From NCBI GenBank assembly GCA_018304985.1, contig JAGVWP010000041.1:5642-37641 (forward strand): 32,000 nt of DNA, in the 5' to 3' direction. A program made the translations under genes and the position numbers. Of the stretch, positions 31,927 through 32,000 are shown in pieces. Source of the DNA: Candidatus Pacearchaeota archaeon. GTDB lineage: Archaea > Nanobdellota > Nanobdellia > Pacearchaeales > GW2011-AR1. Under the pieces are notes generated by a model. The model saw nothing but the letters and a program-made list of their open reading frames with translations. It ran no database searches and had not been told where the DNA came from. Numbering within the stretch: position 1 is the stretch's first letter; each line of letters opens with the position of its first letter.

Positions 31927-32000
31927 ATGGCGGTAACTAAAGCGCAGATTGAAGAGGATTTAAAAAATAGCGGAGATTTTGTGAAGATTGACCATTTAAA
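31927..32000 (+). CDS. 5' end of an unidentified ORF (MAVTKAQIEEDLKNSGDFVKIDHL...), continues beyond the window
   Basis: GAGGT RBS 6 nt upstream and TTTATAAATAA box ~40 nt upstream. The N-terminus does not read as rps10. Confidence 0.4.
   Translation, partial: MAVTKAQIEEDLKNSGDFVKIDHL

Overview
AT-rich (about one-third GC by eye, not computed) archaeal chromosome segment, probably from a small-genome DPANN-type archaeon. The backbone is the conserved archaeal information-processing supercluster rpoH-rpoB-rpoA-nusA-rps12-rps7-aEF2-aEF1alpha, all on the + strand. It is broken at almost every junction by long repeat-bearing spacers and inserted accessory genes. The left 8.5 kb holds the 3' end of a Cu-type P-ATPase, a HepT/MNT toxin-antitoxin pair, a tRNA-like 3' fragment, a DUF4143-type AAA ATPase, a bacterial-style nrdR / class II RNR / dut operon with candidate tandem NrdR boxes, and tRNA-Lys(UUU). 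Most notable findings: (1) a convergent gene pair wedged between nusA and rps12 whose products read, by motif recall only, as a lipoprotein secretin (GspD/PilQ/CpaC-like) and a Skp/OmpH-like chaperone. Both are hallmarks of diderm-bacterial outer membranes, and the Skp-like gene is bracketed by 44-nt inverted repeats (41/44 identical). (2) A 198-aa mini-intein splits the P-loop of aEF-2. (3) rpoA is a single fused A'+A'' ORF. (4) Two families of conserved intergenic modules recur: a stop-codon-anchored ~40-nt hairpin element and a ~35-nt TTCTGAAAA...CCTGATTTATT element. (5) There are three toxin-antitoxin modules. No rRNA, CRISPR array, integrase or transposase was seen. All homology calls rest on motifs recognised by eye and need HMM or structure confirmation.
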